Shown here: in pieces, positions 29,641 through 39,161 of the stretch
Layout: every line of letters starts with the position of its first letter
How positions within the stretch are numbered: the first letter of the stretch is position 1
Assembly: GCA_900763175.1 (NCBI GenBank)
Contig: CAAFJI010000200.1
Coordinates: 1,327 to 65,326 of the forward strand
Direction: 5' to 3'
Origin: Lachnospiraceae bacterium
Lineage (GTDB): Bacteria; Bacillota; Clostridia; Lachnospirales; Lachnospiraceae
Length of the DNA: 64,000 bases
Translations under genes and position numbers: made by a program
Notes under the pieces: model-generated
Told to the model about the DNA's origin: nothing
What the model saw: the letters and a program-made list of their open reading frames with translations, nothing else
Database searches by the model: none

Positions 29641-29799
29641 GAGCGTGCCCCCAAAATCATTCCCGCAATCTGCACGCCCCACTTTGCGGTATATTTCGCT
29701 CGAATTCAGTTGCCGTAGCCCGCTATGGCGCCCTCATCCGGGCGAAATCTCCAACAAATTGTGACGCACATCTTGCTGGAAGTATTTGGGGACACGCTT
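29641..29799 (+). mobile_element. 160-bp palindromic MITE-like element, copy with CCCC/GGGG variant ends
   Basis: GAGCGTGCCCCCAAA / TTTGGGGACACGCTT, TA flanks; abuts the stop codon of the fliB-like gene. Confidence 0.85.
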
Positions 29800-30956
29800 T
29801 AGCAGATTCTCAGTAAATTTCCCAGTGAAAACAGTTTATTACGGGAAAGCAGTTCTTCCAATGCATTCAGATTCAGGTCCGAATGCTCCAGCTCCCTGGA
29901 AAAGCGGTAGCAGATGTCAATCTGGTCTTCCAGGCAGAAGATCCGTCCGTTTTTCAGATACATTCCCATATCTAGCTCATGGATCAGCAAAGTACAGACA
30001 ACTGCCATTTTCACCTTGGCGAAAATCTCATCATCATAAACGGCTCCGCAAAAATAGGTATAGATCCAATAGACCAGAAGCTGTTCTTCCTGGATATTCC
30101 AGTCTGGATAAGCCTTCTGGAAATCCTCACAGTGCTGGCGGTATCTGGCGGAAACATCAGCAGCTGGAGCTCCATAAAGAGGCTCCAGGTTGTCGCTTAG
30201 AAAATCCAGCCAGCCGGGGCGGAGTACTTCCATTTGTGGAACAATGGTCTGCCACATTTCTTTTAACAGTTCATTGGCTGTGACATTGGCAGTAAGCCGT
30301 GAATGCGCTTTGCTTGTGAAAACCTCGCCGTAACCGGAATCTCTGTGGCGCTTCCGTATTTCTTCCCAGCGGAAAAGTTCATTCCGGTCAAGACAGCGCT
30401 GAAAATCACTGGCAACAGCCAGAAGCTTCCACATACGGAGACGCATGGGAATCTTCCGGTTCTGGATAGTTTCTAAGAGAAAATCCCTGGTATCCATAAG
30501 GGCTGTAAAAAGGAGATAATCAAAATCATCATAAGCTTCCTCAGGAACAGGAACTGTGGCAGTGTGAAATTTTGTTTTATCCTGCTTTTCCAGAAGGATG
30601 CGGGCAACTTCCGGGCAGGAAAGAGACAGGGAATATTCCCGAAGTCCCTCAAATTCTTCAACATGGCGGGGATATCTGCGGCAGGTTTCGCAAAGCATTC
30701 TTTTCCCCGCTTCTGTGTAGATGTCGCAGAGATTTTCCTCATTAAGAAAGGCGCAGCGCCTGTTATACTGACGGAAAATCTGTTCCTTCCAGTCAATATC
30801 ATTGTGAAGTCGGTTCCGAAAGGTACCTTTGAAATGACGGTACTTTTTCAGGCTCTTATCATCAATGACAATCTGCCATCCTGCACAGCAGGTATCCGGA
30901 CAGGCATCTGCAATACAGGAAAATTTTTTATAATAATCAGGTCTGGTAATCTGCAT
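29799..30956 (-). CDS. fliB: FliB-family flagellin lysine-N-methylase-like Cys-cluster protein
   Basis: FSCIADACPDTCCAGWQI, CAFL...LCDI, LCETCRRYPR, SLSCPEVA, SRELEHS. Start at ATG 30956 after GGAGGG. Confidence 0.75.
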   Translation of the reverse strand: MQITRPDYYKKFSCIADACPDTCCAGWQIVIDDKSLKKYRHFKGTFRNRLHNDIDWKEQIFRQYNRRCAFLNEENLCDIYTEAGKRMLCETCRRYPRHVEEFEGLREYSLSLSCPEVARILLEKQDKTKFHTATVPVPEEAYDDFDYLLFTALMDTRDFLLETIQNRKIPMRLRMWKLLAVASDFQRCLDRNELFRWEEIRKRHRDSGYGEVFTSKAHSRLTANVTANELLKEMWQTIVPQMEVLRPGWLDFLSDNLEPLYGAPAADVSARYRQHCEDFQKAYPDWNIQEEQLLVYWIYTYFCGAVYDDEIFAKVKMAVVCTLLIHELDMGMYLKNGRIFCLEDQIDICYRFSRELEHSDLNLNALEELLSRNKLFSLGNLLRIC

Positions 30957-31295
30957 CTGATTCCCTCCTATAAAGTGCAATGGTTCTGGTTTCTCAGATA
31001 TTATAGAATAAGGTGTGAAATTGTGCAAGAATAGGAACTGCGTATAGCCACTAAAACAGTAATAAAAGCAGAATTTTTTGTATGGAAGGCTGTTGACATT
31101 GGCGCAGTGTGCTGTTAAACTGAAACCACGTATCTGAACATAAATCTTGACAATTCTGTTGCAGAGTCCCCACATACGAAATGGAATTTGTACATAAAGA
31201 AATTGTAGATTATATGGAGAAAAAACAGAACTGTCAGTATAACGATAGCACCCAACATCGGAAAAGCTGTCATAAAACAGTGGAAATCAGGGTGT

Positions 31296-31305
31296 GGGGG
31301 GGGGG
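31296..31305 (+). repeat. G10 homopolymer in the leader of the REC-HD-GYP gene
   Basis: Ten consecutive G residues ending 25 nt before ATG 31331. Confidence 0.85.
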
Positions 31306-31330
31306 TACCACGCCTGCAGAGGAAAAGTAG

Positions 31331-33751
31331 ATGAGTGATGTAATTCAGCAGAAACAGAAGATTCTTATTGTAGATGATTCTGAAATGAACCGCAATCTTC
31401 TTATGGTGATTCTGGAAGATGAATATGAGATCATACAGGCAAAAGATGGTGTGCAGGCTGTAGATTATCTGCAGAAGCACGCAGAAGAACTCTCCCTGAT
31501 CCTGCTTGATCTTGTTATGCCGCAGATGGATGGATTTGAGGTTCTTGTATATATGAATAAGGAACACTGGATTGAGAATGTTCCGGTAGTTATTATTTCC
31601 GCAGAAGATGCGCCAGCCTACATAAAGAGAGGCTACGCTCTGGGTGTCACAGATTTTATCGGTAAGCCATTTGATGCAAATATGGTTCGCAGGCGTGTGA
31701 CCAATGCGATTCTCATCAGTGCGAAGCAGAAGCGCATGACCAGCATTGTCAGCAACCAGATCTATGAGAAAGAGAAGAGCAGTAAGCTGATGATCAACAT
31801 CCTTTCCCATATCGTAGAGTTTCGTAATGGAGAGAGCGGATTACACGTTCTTCATATTCAGGTGATTACAGAGATGCTTCTCCGTCATCTGGTACAGAAG
31901 GAGAATAATCCCTATTACATAAGTCAGGAGCAGATCAGTCTGATCAGTACTGCATCAGCACTTCATGATATTGGTAAGATTACCATTCCGGATGAAATCC
32001 TGAATAAGCCCGGGAGACTTACAGCGGAAGAATTTAATGTAATGAAGGGGCACTCCATGGCCGGTGCCAATATGCTGGAGCAGCTTCCGCCTGAACAGAG
32101 GGAAGCGCCTCTTGTCAAAATAGCTTATGAAATCTGCAGATGGCATCATGAGCGCTATGACGGAGGAGGTTACCCGGATGGCCTGAAGGGGGAGGAAATT
32201 CCTATTTCCGCTCAGGCTGTTTCGCTGGCTGATGTTTATGATGCGCTTACAAGTAAGCGGTGCTATAAGGCTGCCTATTCCCATGAGAAAGCCATTGAGA
32301 TGATCCTGGCCGGACAGTGCGGTGTATTTAATCCAATGCTTTTGGAATGTCTGCTTGATATTTCAAGTGCTTTGAAGAAAGAAATGCGTGTCAAATCCAA
32401 GGGCCGTTATGACAATTCCAATATGTCTAATATAGCGAATCGGTTCCATGATTTTGAAATGGAGTCTTCAGAAAAAATTGTGCAGCAGCTGGAATGTGAG
32501 AGGCAGCGTTTTCATTTTCTGGCGGAAGGCTCAGAGCATGTGATTTTTACATATACAGTATCTCCGCCTATTCTTAATTTAAATGAAAAAGGAATGCAGC
32601 GCAGCGGAATTACAGAGCCGGTTTTATCGCCTCTGGAGAGTGGCGCTTTGGAAAAGATTGTAGAAGCGGGCTCTTTGGAGCGTCTTATAAAAAAGATCCG
32701 CACAGCTACCAGGGAAATGCCCAATATCGTAAGCGCTATTCAGCTGACAGATGGAAAGAAGCCGGAGAGATTCCTTTGTGAATGCAAGGCGATCTGGGCT
32801 TCGGATGAGAAGAACAAACTCACAGGTGTTGTAGGTAAGCTTATCGATATAGATGAAGATTATGGTATTGTAAATGCAGCAAAGGAGGCTGCACTGGCAC
32901 ATAGCCGCAGCTCTGAATTTTCCAGCTTCTATAACCGCTTTAAGGGACAGGGCTTTGGAGCTACCGGAGATGAAGCGTGGGTATTGCTTCAGTATCTGCA
33001 GATAACTTATGACATAGTGCGTTATGTAAATCCGCTGACGAAAAAGCTGATTCACGTAGAGCGTGACGGCAGAAACTGGGAGACTGATTACAACTGCTAT
33101 GAAATGTGGAATTGCGGCGAGGAATGTGCAAATTGTATTTCAGCAAAATGCCTGAAGTCAAAGCAGCGTATGATGAAGTTTGAAACAACTGAAAATGAAG
33201 TTTATCAGGTTACATCTATGTATGTGGAACTGGAAGGCAGGCCGTGCAGTTTGGAAATGATCGTGAAACTGGATGATGGACTTCTCCCTGAGGGATATAC
33301 AAGGGAAGAAATCCTGAGATCTGTCCGCACACATAAGCAGCAGTCTTACATAGACTGTGTGACGGGCATTTATAATAAGCGCTACTATATAGAGATGCTC
33401 TGCAAGAGGGAGAAGGTCAGTGGTGTTGCGCTGGCAGATGTGAAGGGATTTAGGCGCATTAATGAATCCTTTGGATATCAGGCTGGAGATGATGTACTGC
33501 GTAAGGTTGCACAGGTGCTTCGTGATGGTGCCGGCTCATATGGAGAAGCTCTTCGCTATACCGGAGATGATTTTGTGCTTGTATTTCCTGAAATTTCTCA
33601 GGAGAAATTTCACCAGATTCTTATGGATATTCAGGAGAAGGTAGAAGAATTGGTTTTCCCGGGTCTCCCAGGCGTAAAGCTGGATCTGACCGTAACCGGT
33701 GTCTGTGAACCTGGCAAAGTCGATGATCTGTTAGAACAGATTCGTATCTAA
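31331..33751 (+). CDS. Response regulator with REC, HD-GYP phosphodiesterase and degenerate GGDEF domains
   Basis: ILIVDD...ILLDLVMP (REC); LHDIGK and HHERYDGGGYPDGL (HD-GYP); C-terminal INESFGYQAGD...RYTGDDF. Confidence 0.9.
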   Translation: MSDVIQQKQKILIVDDSEMNRNLLMVILEDEYEIIQAKDGVQAVDYLQKHAEELSLILLDLVMPQMDGFEVLVYMNKEHWIENVPVVIISAEDAPAYIKRGYALGVTDFIGKPFDANMVRRRVTNAILISAKQKRMTSIVSNQIYEKEKSSKLMINILSHIVEFRNGESGLHVLHIQVITEMLLRHLVQKENNPYYISQEQISLISTASALHDIGKITIPDEILNKPGRLTAEEFNVMKGHSMAGANMLEQLPPEQREAPLVKIAYEICRWHHERYDGGGYPDGLKGEEIPISAQAVSLADVYDALTSKRCYKAAYSHEKAIEMILAGQCGVFNPMLLECLLDISSALKKEMRVKSKGRYDNSNMSNIANRFHDFEMESSEKIVQQLECERQRFHFLAEGSEHVIFTYTVSPPILNLNEKGMQRSGITEPVLSPLESGALEKIVEAGSLERLIKKIRTATREMPNIVSAIQLTDGKKPERFLCECKAIWASDEKNKLTGVVGKLIDIDEDYGIVNAAKEAALAHSRSSEFSSFYNRFKGQGFGATGDEAWVLLQYLQITYDIVRYVNPLTKKLIHVERDGRNWETDYNCYEMWNCGEECANCISAKCLKSKQRMMKFETTENEVYQVTSMYVELEGRPCSLEMIVKLDDGLLPEGYTREEILRSVRTHKQQSYIDCVTGIYNKRYYIEMLCKREKVSGVALADVKGFRRINESFGYQAGDDVLRKVAQVLRDGAGSYGEALRYTGDDFVLVFPEISQEKFHQILMDIQEKVEELVFPGLPGVKLDLTVTGVCEPGKVDDLLEQIRI

Positions 33752-33821
33752 TTCCCCACCAGGAGGTTTTCACTGGCGGAGCTGGAGTCTGTCGGGCAGG
33801 TGGCTTTTCAGATACATTCTA

Positions 33822-33981
33822 GAGCGTGTTTGAAAAAGGCTTTCTGCAAGATGTGCGTCACAATTTGTGGGAGATTTCACCCGGATGAGGGCGCCGTAGC
33901 GGGCTACGGCAACCGAATTCGGGTGAAATCTCCCACAAAGTGGGGCGTGCAGATTGCAGGAATGATTTTTCAAACACGCTC
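33822..33981 (-). mobile_element. 160-bp palindromic MITE-like element, full copy in reverse orientation
   Basis: GAGCGTGTTTGAAAAA / TTTTTCAAACACGCTC perfect terminal repeats with TA flanks. Confidence 0.88.
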
Positions 33982-33983
33982 TA

Positions 33984-34061
33984 GCTACGACCACCGAATT
34001 CGGGACAAAAGTCCCGCAAAATGGGGCGTGCAGATTGCAGGAATGATTTTCAAACACACTC
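33984..34061 (-). repeat. Half copy of the 160-bp element adjoining the full copy
   Basis: Matches the reverse complement of the left half of copy A; ends in CAAACACACTC-TA. Confidence 0.8.
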
Positions 34062-34106
34062 TAGGGGCTCGTTTCGCTACTGGGCTATATCACCCCGTAA
34101 ATATGC

Positions 34107-34158
34107 AAAAACAAAAATGTCCGCTCAGGTATACTCACCTGTCCGGACATTTTTGTTT
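34107..34158. terminator. Terminator hairpin downstream of glgD (possibly bidirectional)
   Basis: AAACAAAAATGTCCG...CGGACATTTTTGTTT. Confidence 0.65.
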
Positions 34159-34191
34159 ATTTATATCCTTTTTTGGAGGATTTGGGAGCAA

Positions 34192-35307
34192 TTAAATTTT
34201 GTCGCCTCGTTTGATATATCCTGGAAGTCCAGATTTAGAAACAACTTCCTTTACATGAAGAATCTTAACCAGCTTATCAACAACCTGGTTCTCTACACGA
34301 ACCCCTTCGCCGATCTCTGCACCGGAAAGAACAACACTATTCTTAATAACAGCACCTTTATGAATGATACATCCACGGCCGATAATAGAATTCTCAACAG
34401 TTCCCTGAATCTGGCATCCATTAGAAACAACAGAATTGCGGATCTCAGCAGTGTCGTAATAATGAGTCGGGCAGGAATCATTGGTACGAGTATAAATAGG
34501 CCATTCCGGATCAAAGAGAGTCTGGGCAGCCTTGATATCGATCAGATCCATATTTGCGTCATAGTAGCTCTGGAAATCAGTAATAGAAGCGAAATATCCA
34601 CGATGGGAAATGCCTCGAACATCCAGGTCATCATGAAGCTCATTGATAATATCGGTCAAAGTGAAAGCAGAAGAAGTTGCCCTTGCCTTATGGATCAGTT
34701 CAACAAACAGATCCTTTTTCATAATATAAGTATCCATGAAGATATTGCGGCTCTTGGCATTACCGTGATTCGGTGCGATGGAAAGCACACCCTTCTGCCT
34801 ATTCAGGTTCAGGATATTACAGTTCAGGAAATTATCCTTGGCATTATCAACAGCATGATAAAGCAGGGTAATATCTGCGCCAGACTCAATATGCTGGTCA
34901 ATCAGTTTAGAGAAATCTGCAGAATATACCATGTAATCCGGTGTGATAACAACATATGGATGATGCATTTCCTCGATGCACTCCAGGTTCTCATAATAAG
35001 CAGCAATATCAGTATTATAAATGTCATTTCCCTGAGCTGTATCTGAGAAAAGAATCTGCAGCTTGCCACTCTTGGAGTTAATATTATAATGACGGCCGGT
35101 GCCAATATGTGCAACCAGGGTACGTGGCTTCTCCTGCACATAAACTTGAATGCGGTCAATATCACTGTTGCTCAGATTGGAAATAGGAAAGTCGACAACA
35201 CGGTATCTGCCCAGGAAGGAGAAAGCTCCGATAGGACGATAATCTTCAAGTCCTTCGACCCTGATGTTTCTGGATGATGAGTTAACGATTCCAAATGCTT
35301 TATACAT
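34192..35307 (-). CDS. glgD: Glucose-1-phosphate adenylyltransferase subunit GlgD
   Basis: RPIGAFSFLGRYRVVDFPISN, left-handed beta-helix C-terminus, directly downstream of glgC. Confidence 0.92.
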   Translation of the reverse strand: MYKAFGIVNSSSRNIRVEGLEDYRPIGAFSFLGRYRVVDFPISNLSNSDIDRIQVYVQEKPRTLVAHIGTGRHYNINSKSGKLQILFSDTAQGNDIYNTDIAAYYENLECIEEMHHPYVVITPDYMVYSADFSKLIDQHIESGADITLLYHAVDNAKDNFLNCNILNLNRQKGVLSIAPNHGNAKSRNIFMDTYIMKKDLFVELIHKARATSSAFTLTDIINELHDDLDVRGISHRGYFASITDFQSYYDANMDLIDIKAAQTLFDPEWPIYTRTNDSCPTHYYDTAEIRNSVVSNGCQIQGTVENSIIGRGCIIHKGAVIKNSVVLSGAEIGEGVRVENQVVDKLVKILHVKEVVSKSGLPGYIKRGDKI

Positions 35308-35308
35308 A

Positions 35309-36451
35309 TTATTCGGCCCCCTTTACACGTTTCGCAATAAGCTCGATGTGCTCGCTGTCTGCACTTCCTACCAGAGCCCCTTTGCCAACTGTTATATCAT
35401 TGGCAACCAGAGCACGGATTACAACAGCTCCATCCTCGATAATTGCACCAGGCATAAGCACACTGTCAATTACTTTGGCACCGGGCCTTACTCTTGCGCC
35501 GGTAAAGATAACGGAATTGGTAACCTCTCCCTCAATAACACAGCCCTGTGTTATGTAAGCGTTCTTAATCTTCGCATCCACACCGATATACTGTGGAAGG
35601 GCAGTTACATCCTCTGTATAGATCTTCCATGTCAGGTCACTAAGGTCAAGCTCATTATCCGGGCTGAGAAGATCCATGTTAGCTTCCCAGAGAGAGTCGA
35701 TAGTTCCAACATCTTTCCAATAACCTTTGAAACGATATGCGAAAAGTCTCTTGCCATCGTTAAGAAGTGTGGGAATGATGTCCTTACCAAAGTCATGGCT
35801 GGACTCCGGATTTTTCATATCAGCAAGAAGAAGCTTGCGAAGGAGCTTCCAGTTGAAAATATAAATACCCATAGAAGCAAGATTACTCTGCGGTACAGGC
35901 GGCTTCTCAACAAACTCTGTGATCTGGTCTGTCTCGCCATCTGTGTTCATGATACCGAAACGGCTTGCTTCTTTAAGCGGTACTTCGATAACTGCGATGG
36001 TAGCATCTGCCTGTCTTTCTTTGTGATAGGCGAGCATCTTATCGTAATTCATTTTATAAATGTGATCGCCTGAAAGAACAAGAAGATATTCAGGTGCGTA
36101 CTGATCTATAAAATCAATGTTCTGGGAAATCGCGTCGGCTGTTCCGCGATATACGTCAAGTCCGGCATCTGCTTTCTCACGAGGTGGAAGAACGTAAACA
36201 CCGCTGTCCTTGGAATCCAGTCCCCAGCGACCGCCTGCTGCAACATAGCTGTTCAGCTCTACTGATTCATATTGTGTCAGTACGCCGACAACATCAATGC
36301 CACTGTTAGCACAGTTACTGAGAGGGAAATCAACGATGCGGTATTTTCCGCCATAGGAAACTGCCGGTTTAGCCACTTTGTTGGTAAGATCGTGAAGACG
36401 GCTGCCACGGCCGCCTGCCAGAATCATTGCTAACATACTGTTCTGTTTCAT
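35309..36451 (-). CDS. glgC: Glucose-1-phosphate adenylyltransferase
   Basis: [50 protein letters not shown]. Confidence 0.96.
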   Translation of the reverse strand: MKQNSMLAMILAGGRGSRLHDLTNKVAKPAVSYGGKYRIVDFPLSNCANSGIDVVGVLTQYESVELNSYVAAGGRWGLDSKDSGVYVLPPREKADAGLDVYRGTADAISQNIDFIDQYAPEYLLVLSGDHIYKMNYDKMLAYHKERQADATIAVIEVPLKEASRFGIMNTDGETDQITEFVEKPPVPQSNLASMGIYIFNWKLLRKLLLADMKNPESSHDFGKDIIPTLLNDGKRLFAYRFKGYWKDVGTIDSLWEANMDLLSPDNELDLSDLTWKIYTEDVTALPQYIGVDAKIKNAYITQGCVIEGEVTNSVIFTGARVRPGAKVIDSVLMPGAIIEDGAVVIRALVANDITVGKGALVGSADSEHIELIAKRVKGAE

Positions 36452-36563
36452 GGTGAGCCCTCACTTTCATGTCTTTGAGATATATTATACAATCTTTTTG
36501 CTGAAAATTCAATTTTTTTTGTGCAAAAAAACCGTAAAACCTAGATGAAATTTCACTAAATTT

Positions 36564-36794
36564 TTATTGGAAATTCTGTAAGCTTTTCACAGCTTCAATA
36601 TCTTCTGCGGTTACTTTCAGATTGGAAGTAAAGGTCTTACCCTCCGGAGTGGTGATCTGAACTTCGATAACGGTTCCTTCAGAAATACCATTTTGCTGCA
36701 CAGCAGCTATAAACTGGGGAAATTTGGGGTGTCGGTTGGTAAATGCGCTCCAGAGATTTTTCAGTTCCAGTAATTTCATTGGATTGATAGCCAT
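36564..36794 (-). CDS. Small hypothetical protein
   Basis: 76-aa ORF with RBS AGGAAGGA; protein-like composition. Confidence 0.7.
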   Translation of the reverse strand: MAINPMKLLELKNLWSAFTNRHPKFPQFIAAVQQNGISEGTVIEVQITTPEGKTFTSNLKVTAEDIEAVKSLQNFQ

Positions 36795-37031
36795 TTTAAT
36801 TTCCTTCCTATTAGGAAGCGCATGATTCTTTAACGATTTACGTTATAAAGTTGTTTCCTAATGGTTATTAGTATAGCAGAAAAAAAGCGGAGTGACAATG
36901 AAAGATAGCAATATTCACATATTTTGCGAAAAATTACAATAGACTTTGCACAAATCTTATGTTATTGGTATAATAAAGCAAAGATAATCGGAGAAGTAGA
37001 CAAATTTGTAGAGGAATAGCGGAGCGGGGTT

Positions 37032-39065
37032 ATGGAAGATAAAAAGAGGTATAACTTTGGAGTCCTGATTGGAGGGGTACATACTTGTTTCCCGAAAGAG
37101 CATATTAAAGGAATTGCAGAAGCTGCCAAAGAGCTGGATGTAAACATCTGTTTCTTCCTAGGAACGCATGCCAAGGAATTTTTTGAAGATGTTTTGGGTG
37201 GAGATCAGGAAAATTCTTATGATTATCAGTTTAATACCATACACGAATATAGCCTTATGGGAGGAATTGACGGACTGATCATCAATTATGGCAGCCTGGG
37301 TCTTCAGCTGAAGTATGAAAATGCAGAGGAATTTGCCAGAAAATACAACGGGATCCCCTCTGTTTTTCTTGCGGAAATCGTAGATGCACCAAACTGCCAT
37401 TCCATGATTTGCGACAATAGCCGGGGAATAGAGCTTGCGGTGGAGCACCTGATCCAGGAGCATGGACTTTCCAGGATTTTGTTCGTGGCAGGACCAGAGC
37501 ATAATACAGATGCCATGGAGCGGAAGGCTTCCTATCTGAGAACAATGCGGAGAAACGGACTTCTGGTGGAAGGGAAGATGATAGCCCAGGGAGACTACTC
37601 AGAGTTCGTGGATCGACAGGTGGAACAGCTTTTGGATGACAACCCGGATGCACAGGCAATCGTATTTGCCAATGATGAGATGGCTTTTGTGGGATACCGT
37701 GTCTGTGCCAAAAGAGGCCTCCAGGTGGGAAAAGACATTCTGATTACCGGGTTTGATGACTGCGAGCGGGCTTCCGGTATGGAGCCGCCTCTCACAACAG
37801 TGGTACAGGATGGAGAACTAATGGGAAAAATGGCAGTGTACGATCTGGTACACTGGCTGCAAGAAGAAAATCCGGGGAAAGAGAGTCTGCTGAAAAGAGT
37901 GCCGGTATCTCTTGTGACAAGAGAATCCTGCGGTTGTAAATCTGAAGCTTATCGGGAAAAGGAAACGCCGGAAAGCCTTGGAATGCAGGTGCACAAGCTG
38001 AACAAGATCATTTCCCGTATGAAACTGGAACTCATGGGATTTCAGCGGAAATCCTGGTTTATCCCGGTTCTGGCAAGAGACCTAAACGAGTGTAAGGATG
38101 ATGAGCAGGCCTTTCTTACGGAAATTATGAGAAAGATGAAGGAGCTTCATGTAAGAAATACGCACCTGTTTCTTTTGGACGAGCCCGTACCCTACGATGG
38201 GAAAGGAATATGGAGCTGTCCCTATAATCTTCGTCTTGCTGCAAGCTACCAGGATGGTGAGATACTTGCAAGACCGTCTTATGGCAGGCCGCTTGTTACC
38301 AGAGAAAATGGTATCTGCCGGCTCATAGAGGATGGCGGCCAGCATCAGTATATGCTTTTTCTGCTGTTTTCAGGTGAGACACAGTATGGGCTTCTTGCCT
38401 GTGAGATTGAAGAAGAGGAGTTCCCTTTTTTCTACGTGATCAGTCTACAGATCGGTCTGTCTCTTCGGTATCTGGAAATCAGTAAAGCGGAGTCTGCGAG
38501 ACGGAGAGAGATGTCCCGTGATATGGAGGCAATCCGTGAAAAGAACCGTGTCCTTGGAATTATTTCAGAATATGACGAGCTCACTGGGCTTTTGAATTTC
38601 CGAGGATTCATGGAGCACATCAAACGTATCTGTCAGACAGGAAACGGTCAGAAGGGTTACATGATTTACGGAGATCTGGATCATCTGAAGGAAATTAATG
38701 ATACCTGGGGTCACCCGGAAGGAAACTTTGCCCTGCGCAGTGTGGCGTCAATTCTGAAGGGATGTCTGCGAAGCAACGATATTCTTGGCCGTGTGGGCGG
38801 GGATGAATTTATTATGATGCTGGAATGTGAGGAAGAGGATTTTGGAACAACCTTCCGGGAACGTGTGAAAATAGCTTGTGATCGTTTTAATGAGAAGTCA
38901 GGCAAGCCATTCCTGGTGGAAATCTCTCTTGGAATTACAGAATTTTACCCCAACATTGCCACTGATATCCAGCAGGTAATCTCCCTTGCAGATAGACAGC
39001 TTTATGAAGCGAAGAAGAACAGGAGGAAATCTGTAAGCAGGAATGATTTTTCAAACACGCTCTAG
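37032..39065 (+). CDS. Diguanylate cyclase with an N-terminal LacI-type sugar-binding domain
   Basis: Sugar-binding-fold motifs (ANDEMA, ITGFDD, PPLTTV) without an HTH; DELTGLLN, INDTWGH, RSND...RVGGDEF. Confidence 0.9.
   Translation: MEDKKRYNFGVLIGGVHTCFPKEHIKGIAEAAKELDVNICFFLGTHAKEFFEDVLGGDQENSYDYQFNTIHEYSLMGGIDGLIINYGSLGLQLKYENAEEFARKYNGIPSVFLAEIVDAPNCHSMICDNSRGIELAVEHLIQEHGLSRILFVAGPEHNTDAMERKASYLRTMRRNGLLVEGKMIAQGDYSEFVDRQVEQLLDDNPDAQAIVFANDEMAFVGYRVCAKRGLQVGKDILITGFDDCERASGMEPPLTTVVQDGELMGKMAVYDLVHWLQEENPGKESLLKRVPVSLVTRESCGCKSEAYREKETPESLGMQVHKLNKIISRMKLELMGFQRKSWFIPVLARDLNECKDDEQAFLTEIMRKMKELHVRNTHLFLLDEPVPYDGKGIWSCPYNLRLAASYQDGEILARPSYGRPLVTRENGICRLIEDGGQHQYMLFLLFSGETQYGLLACEIEEEEFPFFYVISLQIGLSLRYLEISKAESARRREMSRDMEAIREKNRVLGIISEYDELTGLLNFRGFMEHIKRICQTGNGQKGYMIYGDLDHLKEINDTWGHPEGNFALRSVASILKGCLRSNDILGRVGGDEFIMMLECEEEDFGTTFRERVKIACDRFNEKSGKPFLVEISLGITEFYPNIATDIQQVISLADRQLYEAKKNRRKSVSRNDFSNTL
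39037..39065 (-). repeat. End fragment of the 160-bp element forming the 3' end of the GGDEF gene
   Basis: GCAGGAATGATTTTTCAAACACGCTCTAG is identical to the end of copy 33822-33981. Confidence 0.8.
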
Positions 39066-39161
39066 TACAGCAAAAACCAAGTAAGTCCCCCACCCCAACT
39101 GTAGAAAACAATATGAGGCGGGGGACAACTGCTTTTCTTTACTTTTTTGCAGAAAACTTAC

